Shown: in pieces, positions 35,720 to 46,477 of the stretch
How the letters are laid out: each line of letters starts with the position of its first letter
Numbering within the stretch: position 1 is the first letter of the stretch
Origin: Patescibacteria group bacterium
GTDB lineage: Bacteria > Patescibacteriota > Minisyncoccia > JACQLN01
Direction of reading: 5' to 3'
Length of the DNA: 64,000 bases
Assembly: GCA_038065095.1 (NCBI GenBank)
Contig: JBBTRR010000001.1
Location: 113,546 to 177,545, forward strand
Position numbers and translations under genes: made by a program
Notes under the pieces: model-generated
The model's database searches: none
Seen by the model: the letters and a program-made list of their open reading frames with translations, nothing else
Told to the model about the DNA's origin: nothing

Positions 35720-37625
35720 TTATTTTTTAATTATTTTATATATACTAACTTCTGGATTTTTATAAACTAATTCGAATTTATCTTTTTTATCAAAATTAGT
35801 TTTACTAAATTGTTTTTCCCATGGACCATAGTATATAAAATCGGCATCAATTTTTTCTAGATCAATAGGTATTTGGTCATAGTTTTTTATCAAATTAGTT
35901 ATATATTCTTTGGTTATATGTTTAGGATCGGCTAAATATTTGTTAATGGAACCTATTCGAAAATAATGGAAATAAAGATGCCAAAGATTTTTTCGTAGGT
36001 TTTGATCGGTATTAGGAGGACATAGTTCTTTGGAACAATCTATATTAAGAGTACCTGTTAATTGCTTTTCAATAGTCTCAGAATTAACATTAAAAATTTT
36101 GTTAGTTAATAAAAATCTTTTTTCTAATTCGTCGGTAGTTTTAGTGGTTAAATTGCCTAGTGGCAAAAAAGGCCGAGCCGATGTATAGGCGCCTAGGTAT
36201 AAAGAAGTCATAAACGAATTTGAGATTATTTTTGGTTCTGGTTTTAGATCTGCGTTAATCCATTCCCAAGATTCTTTTATGCTTTGTGAAAATTTATAAT
36301 TTTCCTGAATTCTAATTTCGGGATTATTTTTAATTACAAAGACATTAACTATTTTTTTTGATACAACCACTAAAGTTAGAATAACTAAGGTAATTGTTAC
36401 TATCTTTTTAACTTGTGAGCTTTTTATAGTAAATCTGGATGATAGTTCATAACAGATCATTCCAATTATTATAAATAAAAGAGGGCTGATGGTTCTTCTA
36501 AAATTATTAGGAGCAGGCACAAAACCTGTAATCAACTGGATATTCCAAATTAAGGTGGCAGATGTTAAAAAACTCCAAATGAGTATTGTTTTTAGACGGT
36601 CTTTATGCCAAAAAACTTTATAAGCTATTAATGCTAAGACTATATAAAAAATATAATCAAAGCCGAGTTCGGCAAGTCCTGGTTCTCTGCCTTCTGCTAT
36701 TCCGAGGCGATGCGTGTAGTCTGCTGATGCATTTGATTTAGAGAAGTTTAGGTAATTAATAAAATATGGAGTAGCAATTAATGTTAATGTTGCTATTAAT
36801 AAAATAAAATTTTTGAAACGAGCATTATTCCGGTGTTCGAAAATTAATGTATATAAAAAAAGTAGTGAAATTACTATTACCCAATAAACCCAATAATGAA
36901 AATAAAAATAAAATAATAATCCTGCTGGTATGGCGGCACCCAGGGCGTTTAGTTTGGTGGGTTTTTGCCAAAAATATATTAAGCCAGCGATAGCCAGAAT
37001 AAAAATAGGAAAGACAAATAATGGATAATCAAATCTGGCAAAGTAAAGTTTTTCTATTTGAGTATTTATTCCCGGAAAAAATTGTTTTACAAAATAGCCC
37101 AGAAACTCTCTAAAAGTTTCTTTTAGACCATCGGAACCTGTATCAGTAAAAATTTGTTGTAGTTTAAGCTCCATCAAAATTTAAAATTCTTAAAGCAATA
37201 GGCGTAAGAATTCCAATATATGCAAAAAGTAAAGACCAAATAAATGATCTATTAAACAAAATGCGACCCAGTAAGAAAAATAATAAAAATATTATTAAAG
37301 AAAATATAAATACCGCCGATAAATATGAAGTGACTACATTGCCATCAAACACAGTTAGAAAGGTAGTCATTATTAGCGAAGGGATAGCATTTAATACTGT
37401 TTTACCCTGATCATCAAAGTAAATATCTACGGGTGGCCAGTGTCCATCGTATATTTCTCTGGCTCGGTTCATATATATAAGTTCATCACGGTGTATTGCG
37501 TAATTAAGAACAAAGGGTTGTTCTTTTGCTTCAAATTGCTGTTTAATTACAAGAGGTGGCAGAATGTATAGAATTCCAACCAGAATAGATGATCCAGCAA
37601 TGACTAATATTTTTGCTAGTTTCAT
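35720..37625 (-). pseudogene. Frameshift-split polytopic membrane protein (putative GT-C-like glycosyltransferase)
   Basis: ORFs 37164..37625 and 35720..37177 together align end to end with intact paralogue 54110..55948 (AREIY.GH.PP; LYF.R.DYP; WNIQ.I.GFVP; Y.GPWE). Confidence 0.75.
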
Positions 37626-37695
37626 TAGTTATAATATCTAAATTTACTTAGTATTTATAACAGAATTGCTAAAAATTGACAAGTAGTTTTCTATT

Positions 37696-38757
37696 ATGAA
37701 AATTTGCTATTTAAATAATGACCTAAATAATAAAACCGGTTCAGGTCGATTTTGTTTAGCTCTTGTACAATCATTGAATAAACTAATTCCTGCTTTTAAT
37801 TATAAGGTAGTAACCTTGGAGAGTATATCTTTAAAAAAGCCTTTTGGACTATTTTATTTTTTAATACGTTTAAGAAAAATACTAAAAGATTTTGATATTG
37901 TTCACGCTTTGGATGGCTGGCCCCATGGTTTTTTAGCTACATTGGCGACAATTGGATTAAAGAAAAAAGTGATTATAACTTTGATTGGAACTGGGTCAAT
38001 ACAACCAATGTATCATTTCCCTCATAAATTAATTATGAAGTGGGTTTATAAACGAGCCGATAGGTTGGTAGCTGTTAGTCAAAATACAAAAAAAGAAATC
38101 CTTAAAATTATTCCCAGTTTAAAAATTGAAGTTATAAATCATGGAGTAGACTTTGATAAATATCAAACATTAAATATTAAAAATAAAAATGATGCAGAAA
38201 TCCAGAGACTTAAACCTTATATTTTAAGCGTGGGAACATTAAAAAAAAGAAAGGGTTATGAATATTCCGTTCGGGCTTTTGCAGAAGTTGCAGAAAAATT
38301 TCCAGAATTAAAATATGTAATTGTAGGACAAGGCCATGAAGAAGAAAATCTCAAATCTCAAATCTCAAAACTAAAAATAGAAGATAAAATTATTTTTTTA
38401 AATTATTTGTCGGAGGAATTTTTGGTGGCTTTGTATCACAATGCTGAATTGTTTATTTTATTATCTCAAGATAATGGCAAAGACATAGAAGGTTTCGGTT
38501 TGGTTTTTTTGGAAGCTGCCTCTTGTGGTTTACCGATTGTAGCTACGTTAGAGACTGGAGCGGCAGATGCTGTTAGTGATGGTAAAAACGGTATATTGGT
38601 TCCAACAAGAGACAGTCATAAAGCTACTCAAGCTATAATTAAGATATTATTAAATTCCAATTTAAAAAATTCTTTTTCAGAATCGTCTTTAGAATTTGCT
38701 AAATCCATGAATTGGGAAAAGGTAGCTGATTCCTACTTTAAAATATATAAATTTTAA
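37696..38757 (+). CDS. GT4 glycosyltransferase
   Basis: VG.LK.RKG, EGFGLVFLEAASCGLP. Confidence 0.92.
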   Translation: MKICYLNNDLNNKTGSGRFCLALVQSLNKLIPAFNYKVVTLESISLKKPFGLFYFLIRLRKILKDFDIVHALDGWPHGFLATLATIGLKKKVIITLIGTGSIQPMYHFPHKLIMKWVYKRADRLVAVSQNTKKEILKIIPSLKIEVINHGVDFDKYQTLNIKNKNDAEIQRLKPYILSVGTLKKRKGYEYSVRAFAEVAEKFPELKYVIVGQGHEEENLKSQISKLKIEDKIIFLNYLSEEFLVALYHNAELFILLSQDNGKDIEGFGLVFLEAASCGLPIVATLETGAADAVSDGKNGILVPTRDSHKATQAIIKILLNSNLKNSFSESSLEFAKSMNWEKVADSYFKIYKF

Positions 38758-38879
38758 AGTAGGTTAAAGAAACTAAATTAGAGTTGTTTGTTGTTATAAT
38801 TATGTGCTAGTTTGTTATAGTTCTTTAACAATTAAGACTAATTGAATTTATCTTAACTATCCTAAAAAAGGAGAGAGTT

Positions 38880-40205
38880 ATGGCTATCAAGTTAGTTCAT
38901 AAACACAAGATCGCGGTAGTAGGCTTATGGCATTTAGGAGAAATTTATTCTGTTGGTTTGGCCGAGTTGGGTCACCATGTTGTGGGTATAAGTGATGATG
39001 ATATTGTAATTAGAAATTTATTAAATAATATACCACCACTAACAGAACCCGAATTAGTTGAGTTGCTGGAAAAAAACCAGTCTTCAAAAAGATTAACATA
39101 TACTACGGATTTTAGTTTGATAAAAAACTGTGAGATATTATGGCTTACGTTTGATACGCCAGTGGATGACCAAGATGAAGTAGATCTTTCTCTTATCCGC
39201 GACGCTTTGATAAAAGCTGTGCCTTTTTTACAAGACGGTGTGTTAGTGGTAATGACAAGTCAGACTCCCGTGGGCACTGCCATAGAATTCAAAGATATGA
39301 TTCGAAAAACACGACCCGATCTTATTTTTGATTATGCGTATGTACCGGAGAATTTAAGATTAGGTGAATCTCTGCATTGTTTTATGAATCCCGTAAGAAT
39401 AGTTGTTGGAGCGGAAAATGAAAAAACTTTTCAACTGATAAGAGAATTGTTTTCTTCACTAAAAGTTAATTTTATAGAGATGTCACCAGCTTCGGCTGAA
39501 ATGTCTAAACACGCTCTTAACTCTTTTTTAGCTACCTCGCTTACATTTGCATACGACATTGCTGATTTGTGTGAGAGAGTTGGAGCGGATGCTATTGATG
39601 TAATTCGAGCTTTAAAATCAGACGACCGTATTGGTCCAAAAGCATATTTGGATGCCAATGTCGGTTTTTCTGGGGGAACATTGGGGCGTGACGTGAAAGC
39701 GCTTTTAAGGGTTTCATTACAAATAGGAGTAGATATACCTGTTATTAGCAGTGTCTGGGAGAAGGGTAAAGATCGCCGTCTTATCGTGCTTGCAAGGCTT
39801 AGAGAACAACTTGGTTTGTTGGAAGGTAAAAGGGTAGCCTTGTTCGGCTTAACCTATAAGGCTGGTACGACTACTATGCGTCGTTCATTGTCTTTAGAGG
39901 TGGTTGGGGATTTGAGCTCTGCCGGAGTGGTTTTGAGGCTGCATGATCCTCATGCAGATATAGACGGACTTAAGTACCTTGATGGATTATGTTTTTTTTC
40001 AAGAGATCCATATGAGACTGCTTGTGGTGTACATGCAATAGTGATTATGACCCCTTGGCCTGAATTTAAGAATTTGGATTTTGCTAAGTTAAGAAAGGTT
40101 TTAGATTCTCCGGCTATTTTTTTAGATGGCCGAAACTTTTTTTTGGGTAAGGAACAAGAAATCACAGAAGCTGGCTTTATTTATCTTGGCATAGGGAGGA
40201 GTTAG
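38880..40205 (+). CDS. UDP-glucose/GDP-mannose dehydrogenase-like protein lacking the catalytic Cys (LmbL-like)
   Basis: Three-domain UGD architecture (DTP, PENLR.G, AEM.KH..N.FLA, GLTYK, TPWPEF, DGRN), but GLWHLG and GFSGGTL replace GLGYVG and GFGGSC. Confidence 0.8.
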   Translation: MAIKLVHKHKIAVVGLWHLGEIYSVGLAELGHHVVGISDDDIVIRNLLNNIPPLTEPELVELLEKNQSSKRLTYTTDFSLIKNCEILWLTFDTPVDDQDEVDLSLIRDALIKAVPFLQDGVLVVMTSQTPVGTAIEFKDMIRKTRPDLIFDYAYVPENLRLGESLHCFMNPVRIVVGAENEKTFQLIRELFSSLKVNFIEMSPASAEMSKHALNSFLATSLTFAYDIADLCERVGADAIDVIRALKSDDRIGPKAYLDANVGFSGGTLGRDVKALLRVSLQIGVDIPVISSVWEKGKDRRLIVLARLREQLGLLEGKRVALFGLTYKAGTTTMRRSLSLEVVGDLSSAGVVLRLHDPHADIDGLKYLDGLCFFSRDPYETACGVHAIVIMTPWPEFKNLDFAKLRKVLDSPAIFLDGRNFFLGKEQEITEAGFIYLGIGRS

Positions 40206-40207
40206 AA

Positions 40208-41050
40208 ATGCTAAAAAACAAAAAGGCAGTAATTACTGGTGGTGGGAGGGGTATTGGTAAATCCATAGCTCAACATTTTTTGTTGGAGGAAGCAGAAGTT
40301 TTGTTAGTAGCTCGAACTCTAGCCGAGTTAGAAAAAACACGTGACGAATTAACTCCTTTGGGTCATGTAGAAATTTTATCAGCAGATGTATCTGTAGAGG
40401 ATGATGTTGAAAAGATATCTGCTAGGGTTTTGAATTTGTGGGGCGGTGTTGATATTTTAGTAAACGTCGCCGCTATTCAAGGGCCGATAGGGCACATAAC
40501 GGATGTAAATATAGTCGAATGGCGAAAGGTCATAGAGGTGAACCTCATTGGTACCTTTTTAATGATTCGGGCTTTGGTACCTTTTATGAAAGAGCTTGGC
40601 AAAGGTAAGATTGTCAACTTTGCTGGTGGTGGTGAGGGTCCTTATACTAACTTTTCGGCTTATGTAGCTTCTAAAGGCGGTATAGTGCGTTTAACGGAGA
40701 CTGTGGCAGCAGAGTTGAAAGACTTTAATATCGATATAAATGCTATAGCTCCTGGAGCTGTTAATACGCAAATGTTGAGAGAGGTTCTTGAAGCGGGTCC
40801 AGTTAATGTAGGTCGTGATACTTACGAAAAATGTTTGAAGCAAAAAGAGACAGGAGGAATATCGCCAGATAAAGCAGCCGAGTTAGTTGTGTTTTTGTCC
40901 AGTGAAGCTTCTAATGGCTTAACTGGAAAAGTTATATCTGCTATTTGGGATGATTACCATAATTTTCCTCAGCATCTTAAAGAAATTATGGGAACAGATA
41001 TATATTCTTGGCGGCGGATAAAACCAAATGATCGCGGTTACGAGTGGTAA
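40208..41050 (+). CDS. Short-chain dehydrogenase/reductase
   Basis: TGGGRGIG, Y..SK (YVASK), NAIAPG. Confidence 0.9.
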   Translation: MLKNKKAVITGGGRGIGKSIAQHFLLEEAEVLLVARTLAELEKTRDELTPLGHVEILSADVSVEDDVEKISARVLNLWGGVDILVNVAAIQGPIGHITDVNIVEWRKVIEVNLIGTFLMIRALVPFMKELGKGKIVNFAGGGEGPYTNFSAYVASKGGIVRLTETVAAELKDFNIDINAIAPGAVNTQMLREVLEAGPVNVGRDTYEKCLKQKETGGISPDKAAELVVFLSSEASNGLTGKVISAIWDDYHNFPQHLKEIMGTDIYSWRRIKPNDRGYEW

Positions 41051-41072
41051 AACAAATAAAGGAGGAGTAGCT

Positions 41073-41753
41073 ATGAAGCTATTCATTGATTCAGCAGATA
41101 TTGGTGAAATAGAGAAGTGGTTGTCTGCAGGTATTAGAGATGGAATTACTACGAACCCAACCTTGCTTAAGAAAGCTGGGGTGACGGATACTGTTTCGGC
41201 TTGGCGAGGGATTGTAGATCTTATTAAAAAATACTCGCTAACTCCCTTATCGTTAAGTGTGGAAGTTTTTAAGGATGATGCTGAAGGTATGGTTGAACAG
41301 GCTAAAGATTTTGTTAGTAAATTAAATTATCTCGGTACCACCATCAAAATTCCGATTTTAGGAACCGACGGCACAGATCGGCTTGAAGTAATAAGAATAT
41401 TGTCAGATTTGAAAATAGCTGTAAATTGTACAGCTTGTGTCCATTGGTTTCAGGCTTTTTCGGCGGCTAAGGCTGGTGCTAAATATGTTAGCTTACTTTA
41501 TTGTCGCAGTAACGATGCTGGCCTTGACGGTTTGGATATGATTACACGGACACGTCGATTGATAGACCAACATGGCTTAGTTTCCGAAATAATCATCGGT
41601 AGCATCAGACAGGCCAAGCAAGTTTTTCAAGTTTACGATGCGGGTGCGCATATTATAACTGTGCCACCCAAGTTCTTTCCAGAACTTTTGTTTCACCAAA
41701 AAAGTGTTGATACACAGAAACAGTTTTTGGCAGATGCGGGAGTGGAAGTTTAG
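41073..41753 (+). CDS. Transaldolase/fructose-6-phosphate aldolase-family protein
   Basis: LFIDSAD, GITTNPTL, IKIP (Schiff-base Lys), AAKAGA.YVS, GSIR; GGAGG SD before ATG 41073. Confidence 0.88.
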   Translation: MKLFIDSADIGEIEKWLSAGIRDGITTNPTLLKKAGVTDTVSAWRGIVDLIKKYSLTPLSLSVEVFKDDAEGMVEQAKDFVSKLNYLGTTIKIPILGTDGTDRLEVIRILSDLKIAVNCTACVHWFQAFSAAKAGAKYVSLLYCRSNDAGLDGLDMITRTRRLIDQHGLVSEIIIGSIRQAKQVFQVYDAGAHIITVPPKFFPELLFHQKSVDTQKQFLADAGVEV

Positions 41754-41765
41754 TTCTTTATATTT

Positions 41766-41797
41766 AATACCCCTTGAGTTGCACTCAAGGGGTATTT
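41766..41797 (+). terminator. Rho-independent terminator
   Basis: AATACCCCTTGAGT-tgc-ACTCAAGGGGTATT. Confidence 0.75.
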
Positions 41798-41817
41798 GTT
41801 TTATTATCTAATCTATT

Positions 41818-42663
41818 ATGATTTCTATTGTTTTTCCTGTTTATAATGAAGAAGGGAATGTTGAAAAACTGCATTCAATTATCAAAAGAACTATGGATGA
41901 TTTTGGTGAATCTTACGAGATAATTGCAGTTGACGATGGTTCTAAAGATAAAACCCTAGAGGTAATGAAGAAATTGTCTCCGTTAAGGACCATAGTTTTT
42001 GCTAGAAATTATGGTCAAACTTCGGCTTTAGATGCTGGTTTAAAGGCAGCTAAGGGAGAAATTGTTATAACGTTAGATGCTGATTTACAAAATGACCCCA
42101 AAGATATTCCCCGTTTAATTAATAAATTGCGTGAAGGATACGATGTTGTTTCTGGTTGGCGTCGCGATAGGCACGATAATTTTGGAAGAAAAATCTTATC
42201 TCGCTTGGCTAATTGGTTGACGCGAAAAGTAACTGGTTTATTTTTGCATGATTATGCCTGTGCACTTAAGGCTTATAGAAAAACCGCTCTAATTGATCTT
42301 AATCTTTATGGTGAAATGCATGTTTTTTTGCCAGCGATTCTTTATATGCGAGGAGCCAAAATCGCAGAAATGCAAGTATCTCATCATGCTCGGACAGTTG
42401 GTTTTTCTAAGCATAACTTTTTAAAAGCAGTTAAAGATATTTCCGACCTCTTTGTTATTAAATTTATTTTTTCAGTTAAGCGTCCACTCATTGTTTTTGT
42501 TTTGGCGGGAATTGTTTTATTTTTTTTGTCTTTAGTTTCATTAGCTTTTACTGTTAGCTTAACCTTTTTTGCTATGGGTTTTATAGTAGAAATGTTAATG
42601 AGAGTATATTATGAATCTAAGGATAGTCGGCCGTATGTAATTAAGGAGGTGTTCGAAAATTAG
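41818..42663 (+). CDS. GT2 polyprenol-phosphate glycosyltransferase (ArnC/DPM-like)
   Basis: PVYNEE, VDDGS.D, RNYGQ, DADLQNDP, VVSGWR, C-terminal TMs. Confidence 0.9.
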   Translation: MISIVFPVYNEEGNVEKLHSIIKRTMDDFGESYEIIAVDDGSKDKTLEVMKKLSPLRTIVFARNYGQTSALDAGLKAAKGEIVITLDADLQNDPKDIPRLINKLREGYDVVSGWRRDRHDNFGRKILSRLANWLTRKVTGLFLHDYACALKAYRKTALIDLNLYGEMHVFLPAILYMRGAKIAEMQVSHHARTVGFSKHNFLKAVKDISDLFVIKFIFSVKRPLIVFVLAGIVLFFLSLVSLAFTVSLTFFAMGFIVEMLMRVYYESKDSRPYVIKEVFEN

Positions 42664-42670
42664 TTTGATT

Positions 42671-43606
42671 ATGATTAAAGAAATTGGTGATTATATAATA
42701 GTAAATTATCATTACGTTGAAGACACTAGGCTAGATTGGGGTGGTATTCACCCCTGTTCTGTAAAAGAATTTGAAAGGCAGGTTGATTTTTTATCTAAAA
42801 ATTTTGAAATTGTTTCTATGGGTCAGGTTTTTAATTCTGCAAAAAATGGATTAAGTGGAAAGTTTTGTGCCATTACTTTTGATGATGGGTTAAAAGGGCA
42901 ATATGAAAATGCTTTACCGATTTTACTTAACAATAAAGTTATCGGTACTTTTTTTCCAATAACCTCAACTTTTGAAGGTAGATTGCCGGCTACTCATAAA
43001 GTACATGCTTTGCTTTCGCATATATCTTCTTTAGAGCTTATTGATATTTTTCATAAATTTATTAAAGAATTTTATCCAGATATTGAGTCCACATATTTTA
43101 TCCCTAAAGATAAGCGTTTATTTGAACGAAGAAAACATGAAGATTTATTCACCGCTAATTTTAAAGAAACTATGATTAGCTTACCAGAAGATATAAAGGG
43201 CAGGTTTTTAAGATATTGTTTTAAAATGATGAAGCTTGATGAGAAAAAAATAAGCAAAGAAATTTTTATGAATAAAGACGATGTTGTAAATTTGTGTGGT
43301 CAAAAAATGGAAATAGGTAGCCATTCCCATGGGCATTATTCTATGTCGGCAGTTGGGGCAGAGTTTTTAAAAAAAGATATTCAACTCTCTAAAGATATTT
43401 TGTCTAACTTACTTAATAAAAATATTGATACTTTTTCTTATTCGCATGGTCATTACACGGATTTTGGTATAAAAGTATTAAAAGATATGGGGTTTAAGAA
43501 TGCTGTAACAATCGAACCTCGTTCTGTTACAAAAGAAGATAATGCTTTTTTGTTACCACGATATGATGCTAACGATATTAGGGATTTTATTAGTAATATT
43601 AACTAA
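42671..43606 (+). CDS. Polysaccharide deacetylase (CE4/NodB)
   Basis: NYHY, ITFDDG, GSHSHGH, FSYSHG, LPRYD. Confidence 0.88.
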   Translation: MIKEIGDYIIVNYHYVEDTRLDWGGIHPCSVKEFERQVDFLSKNFEIVSMGQVFNSAKNGLSGKFCAITFDDGLKGQYENALPILLNNKVIGTFFPITSTFEGRLPATHKVHALLSHISSLELIDIFHKFIKEFYPDIESTYFIPKDKRLFERRKHEDLFTANFKETMISLPEDIKGRFLRYCFKMMKLDEKKISKEIFMNKDDVVNLCGQKMEIGSHSHGHYSMSAVGAEFLKKDIQLSKDILSNLLNKNIDTFSYSHGHYTDFGIKVLKDMGFKNAVTIEPRSVTKEDNAFLLPRYDANDIRDFISNIN

Positions 43607-43609
43607 ATA

Positions 43610-44506
43610 ATGTCCGATAATAAATTTGATTATAGTCAGGCTAAATACGAAAAAATAAACTGTAACTTATGCAGTCAAGACAATAATGAACCCATTAGTC
43701 GTAAGGATCGTTATGGCTTACGAGTTCAGACGGTGATTTGTATAAATTGTGGTCTAATTTTTATTAATCCTAGAATGAGTCGAATTGATTATGATCAATT
43801 TTATCAATCTACTTACAGGGCACAACTGGAGGAACGTAATGGGAAAAAAATTGATCTAGATAATCTTTTTATTAAGTCTACAAAATTGGGGCAAAAGTTA
43901 GTTGAACGAATTGGCGATTATATAAATTCCGGTTTAACTCTAGAAATTGGATCAAGTTGCGGTGGTATCTTAAACGGTCTTAAACTGGCTAGACCATATT
44001 TAGAAATTTTAGGGTTAGAACCTTCTTCCATAGAGGCCAAATATGCTAATGACAAAGGCATAAAGACTTTCGTTTCAATGTTTGAGGGTTTTCAGGAGTC
44101 TCTGCCTTCTTTGCAAAATATTTTTATAGTGCGCAGTTTTAATCATTTGCTCGGCCCGGCTGGTTTTATAAAGTGGTCGCACGACCAGCTTTCTTCGGGA
44201 GGTAAGTTAGTAATTATGGTTATTGATTTTATAGAAGCTTGTCGTAATCGTGGCGCACTAAAAACACAAATTGATCATCCTTATATGTTTACTCAAAAAA
44301 CCCTAGTTAGTTTTGTGCAAAGTGGTGGTTTTGATATAGAATACAATATTGTTGAAGGTGATTATATTTATCTGGTTGCAAGAAAAAATAACCATAAACC
44401 TTTTAACAAATTGGAAATAAACCCTCTGGCCTATAAAGATGCAAAGAAATATTTGAAGCCGTTCAAGCTGTGGTGGAATTATCAGGTTAATAAGTTATTT
44501 AATTAG
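43610..44506 (+). CDS. SAM-dependent methyltransferase with N-terminal Zn-binding CxxC motifs
   Basis: CNLC...C..CGL...NPR, LEIGSSCG; paralogue of 52210..53187. Confidence 0.82.
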   Translation: MSDNKFDYSQAKYEKINCNLCSQDNNEPISRKDRYGLRVQTVICINCGLIFINPRMSRIDYDQFYQSTYRAQLEERNGKKIDLDNLFIKSTKLGQKLVERIGDYINSGLTLEIGSSCGGILNGLKLARPYLEILGLEPSSIEAKYANDKGIKTFVSMFEGFQESLPSLQNIFIVRSFNHLLGPAGFIKWSHDQLSSGGKLVIMVIDFIEACRNRGALKTQIDHPYMFTQKTLVSFVQSGGFDIEYNIVEGDYIYLVARKNNHKPFNKLEINPLAYKDAKKYLKPFKLWWNYQVNKLFN

Positions 44507-44508
44507 AA

Positions 44509-45846
44509 ATGATGAATACTATTTTTATTACTTCGTTTCATCCATCAATAGGTCAAAATATTCTATCAGGAGATGTGGTAAAGAAACTACTGTTAAGAGA
44601 AGATGTAAGGATTGTTATTTTTTGTCCGGACTATAAAACAAGTTATTTTAAAAATGAATTTGATCATCCTCATATATTTATTGAAGGTATTAAAATCGAA
44701 AAACCGACATGGCATGATATTCTTTTTGGTTATATAAGTCGATCAGTCATTAGCAGTTCAACTTTACTTATACATCGAAAAGAACTTTTTTACAGGAAAA
44801 AAAAGATTTTACCTTTTGTGTTTTCTTATTTCTTAGTGATTTTAGGCCGAATGTTTTTTCTAAAAAAAGTTATTAGATGGTTAGATCAACTAACATCTCC
44901 CAAAAGTAAATTTGAAAACTATTTTAAAAAATACAATCCTAAACTAATTTTTGCCACAGATGTATTTAATCGAGATGATATTGATTTTTTGGCATGTGCT
45001 AAAAGAGCAGGTGTATTTAGGGTCGGTATGGTTCGTTCTTGGGATAACATAACGGGGAAAGGCTTGATTCGTATAAAGCCAGATATGTTGATCGTTCCAA
45101 ACGGAATAATAAAAGAAGAGGTTATAAAATATCAAAGCATACCACCCAAATATATATATGTGAGCGGGTTACCGCAAATGGATTTTTATGTTAAAAACAC
45201 AGACAGGATGAGTAGAGAAGTTTTTTTTTCAAAAATTGGTTTAAATCCTAACAAAGTTACTATTTTTGTAGCCCCCCATGGTAGACGCTTTTTTAATGAT
45301 GATGGTTTTTTATTAGAAAAACTTAAAGGATTACCTTATCAATATATAGTTCGTCTGCCCCCCAATGACACTATTAATTATCTCAATTTTATTCCTAGCT
45401 CCATTTTTTTTATTGAACATCCCGGTATATCATTTAAAGAGGGTGTATACAATAACAGGGAATTGTCCTTGAGCGATTCTTTTATGTTGGCTACTGAACT
45501 TTTTTATGCTGATGTTGTATTAAACTATGGTTCCACCATTTCTATTGAAGCTGCTTTTTACGATAAACCGATCATAAATTTTTTTGGTGATGCCCAAAAA
45601 AATTTACCATATATACAAAGCGAAAGAAGATTTTTTGACTTTAGTCATTTGAATAAGCTGTGGAATCTAAATTTTTGCAAGGTATCATATAATTTTGATG
45701 ATCTTAAAAAGCAAATTGATGAATACTTAAAAAACCCCTTACTAGATAAAAAGGGTCGATCAGATTTTTTGAGGCTGCAAGCAGGATATTTAGATGGGAA
45801 ATCGGGGGCTAGAATTGCGGATTTTTTATTAAATCACCTGAACTAG
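44509..45846 (+). CDS. TagF-like GT-B protein; paralogue 2 of 4
   Basis: RSWDN, SG.PQ.D, STI.IEA...DKP, DGKSG.R. Confidence 0.65.
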   Translation: MMNTIFITSFHPSIGQNILSGDVVKKLLLREDVRIVIFCPDYKTSYFKNEFDHPHIFIEGIKIEKPTWHDILFGYISRSVISSSTLLIHRKELFYRKKKILPFVFSYFLVILGRMFFLKKVIRWLDQLTSPKSKFENYFKKYNPKLIFATDVFNRDDIDFLACAKRAGVFRVGMVRSWDNITGKGLIRIKPDMLIVPNGIIKEEVIKYQSIPPKYIYVSGLPQMDFYVKNTDRMSREVFFSKIGLNPNKVTIFVAPHGRRFFNDDGFLLEKLKGLPYQYIVRLPPNDTINYLNFIPSSIFFIEHPGISFKEGVYNNRELSLSDSFMLATELFYADVVLNYGSTISIEAAFYDKPIINFFGDAQKNLPYIQSERRFFDFSHLNKLWNLNFCKVSYNFDDLKKQIDEYLKNPLLDKKGRSDFLRLQAGYLDGKSGARIADFLLNHLN

Positions 45847-45852
45847 GTTAGT

Positions 45853-46470
45853 ATGAATTTTTTCAATAAAAATATAATAGTTAATCATCATTACGTTGAA
45901 GACCCAAGCAAAAATTTAAAAGGGATACATCATTTTCCTATCGACGATTTCGATAAACATATAAGTTTTTTATCGAAAAATCTTAATGTTATTTCTATAC
46001 CAGAGGTTTACCAACCGGCCAATAAGGGAAGTTCCGAAAAGAGTTGTGTAATAACTTTTGATGATTGTTTAAAGGATTAGTGGGACAATGCTCTACCTAT
46101 TCTAGAAAAAAATAACGTCTTAGCTACTTTTATTTGTAAAAATTTGTTTATGTCTGAAAATCATGTTATTTCTTTATATAAAAGGGGTCATACTATAGGT
46201 GGTCATACCCATAAGCACGATGCTCTAGATTCTTTAGAGACTAGTGAGATTAAATCTGATGTTGTTTTAGGTAGAGATAAATTGTTAGAAATTCTAGGTT
46301 TTAAGCCCAACGTATTCTCTTATCCCCACGGCCGTTACAATAAGTCTATTTTAGAAGTTGTAGAAAAAGCAGGATTTACCTATGGTGTAACCACAGAAAG
46401 GAGGGGTTTAAACTCAAAAGAGAATCCAGTAGCTGTTCCAAGGTTTGATGCGACAGATTTGATTATATGA
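45853..46470 (+). pseudogene. Polysaccharide deacetylase pseudogene
   Basis: Both ORFs are in one frame, interrupted by TAG at 46078-46080 where the paralogue has Gln. About 100 aa are missing relative to 42671..43606, and TFDDG has become TFDDC. Confidence 0.8.
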
Positions 46471-46477
46471 GCGAATA

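Noticed and set aside
32853-37625. Invertible (shufflon-like) segment explaining the opposite-strand genes
   Set aside because: I found no flanking inverted recombination sites and no recombinase. The similarity between the two methyltransferases is ordinary paralogy.
45853-46470. Stop-codon reassignment or pyrrolysine readthrough at the in-frame TAG
   Set aside because: TAG, TGA and TAA all end intact genes in this window, and this gene has other lesions, so a pseudogene is the simpler reading.
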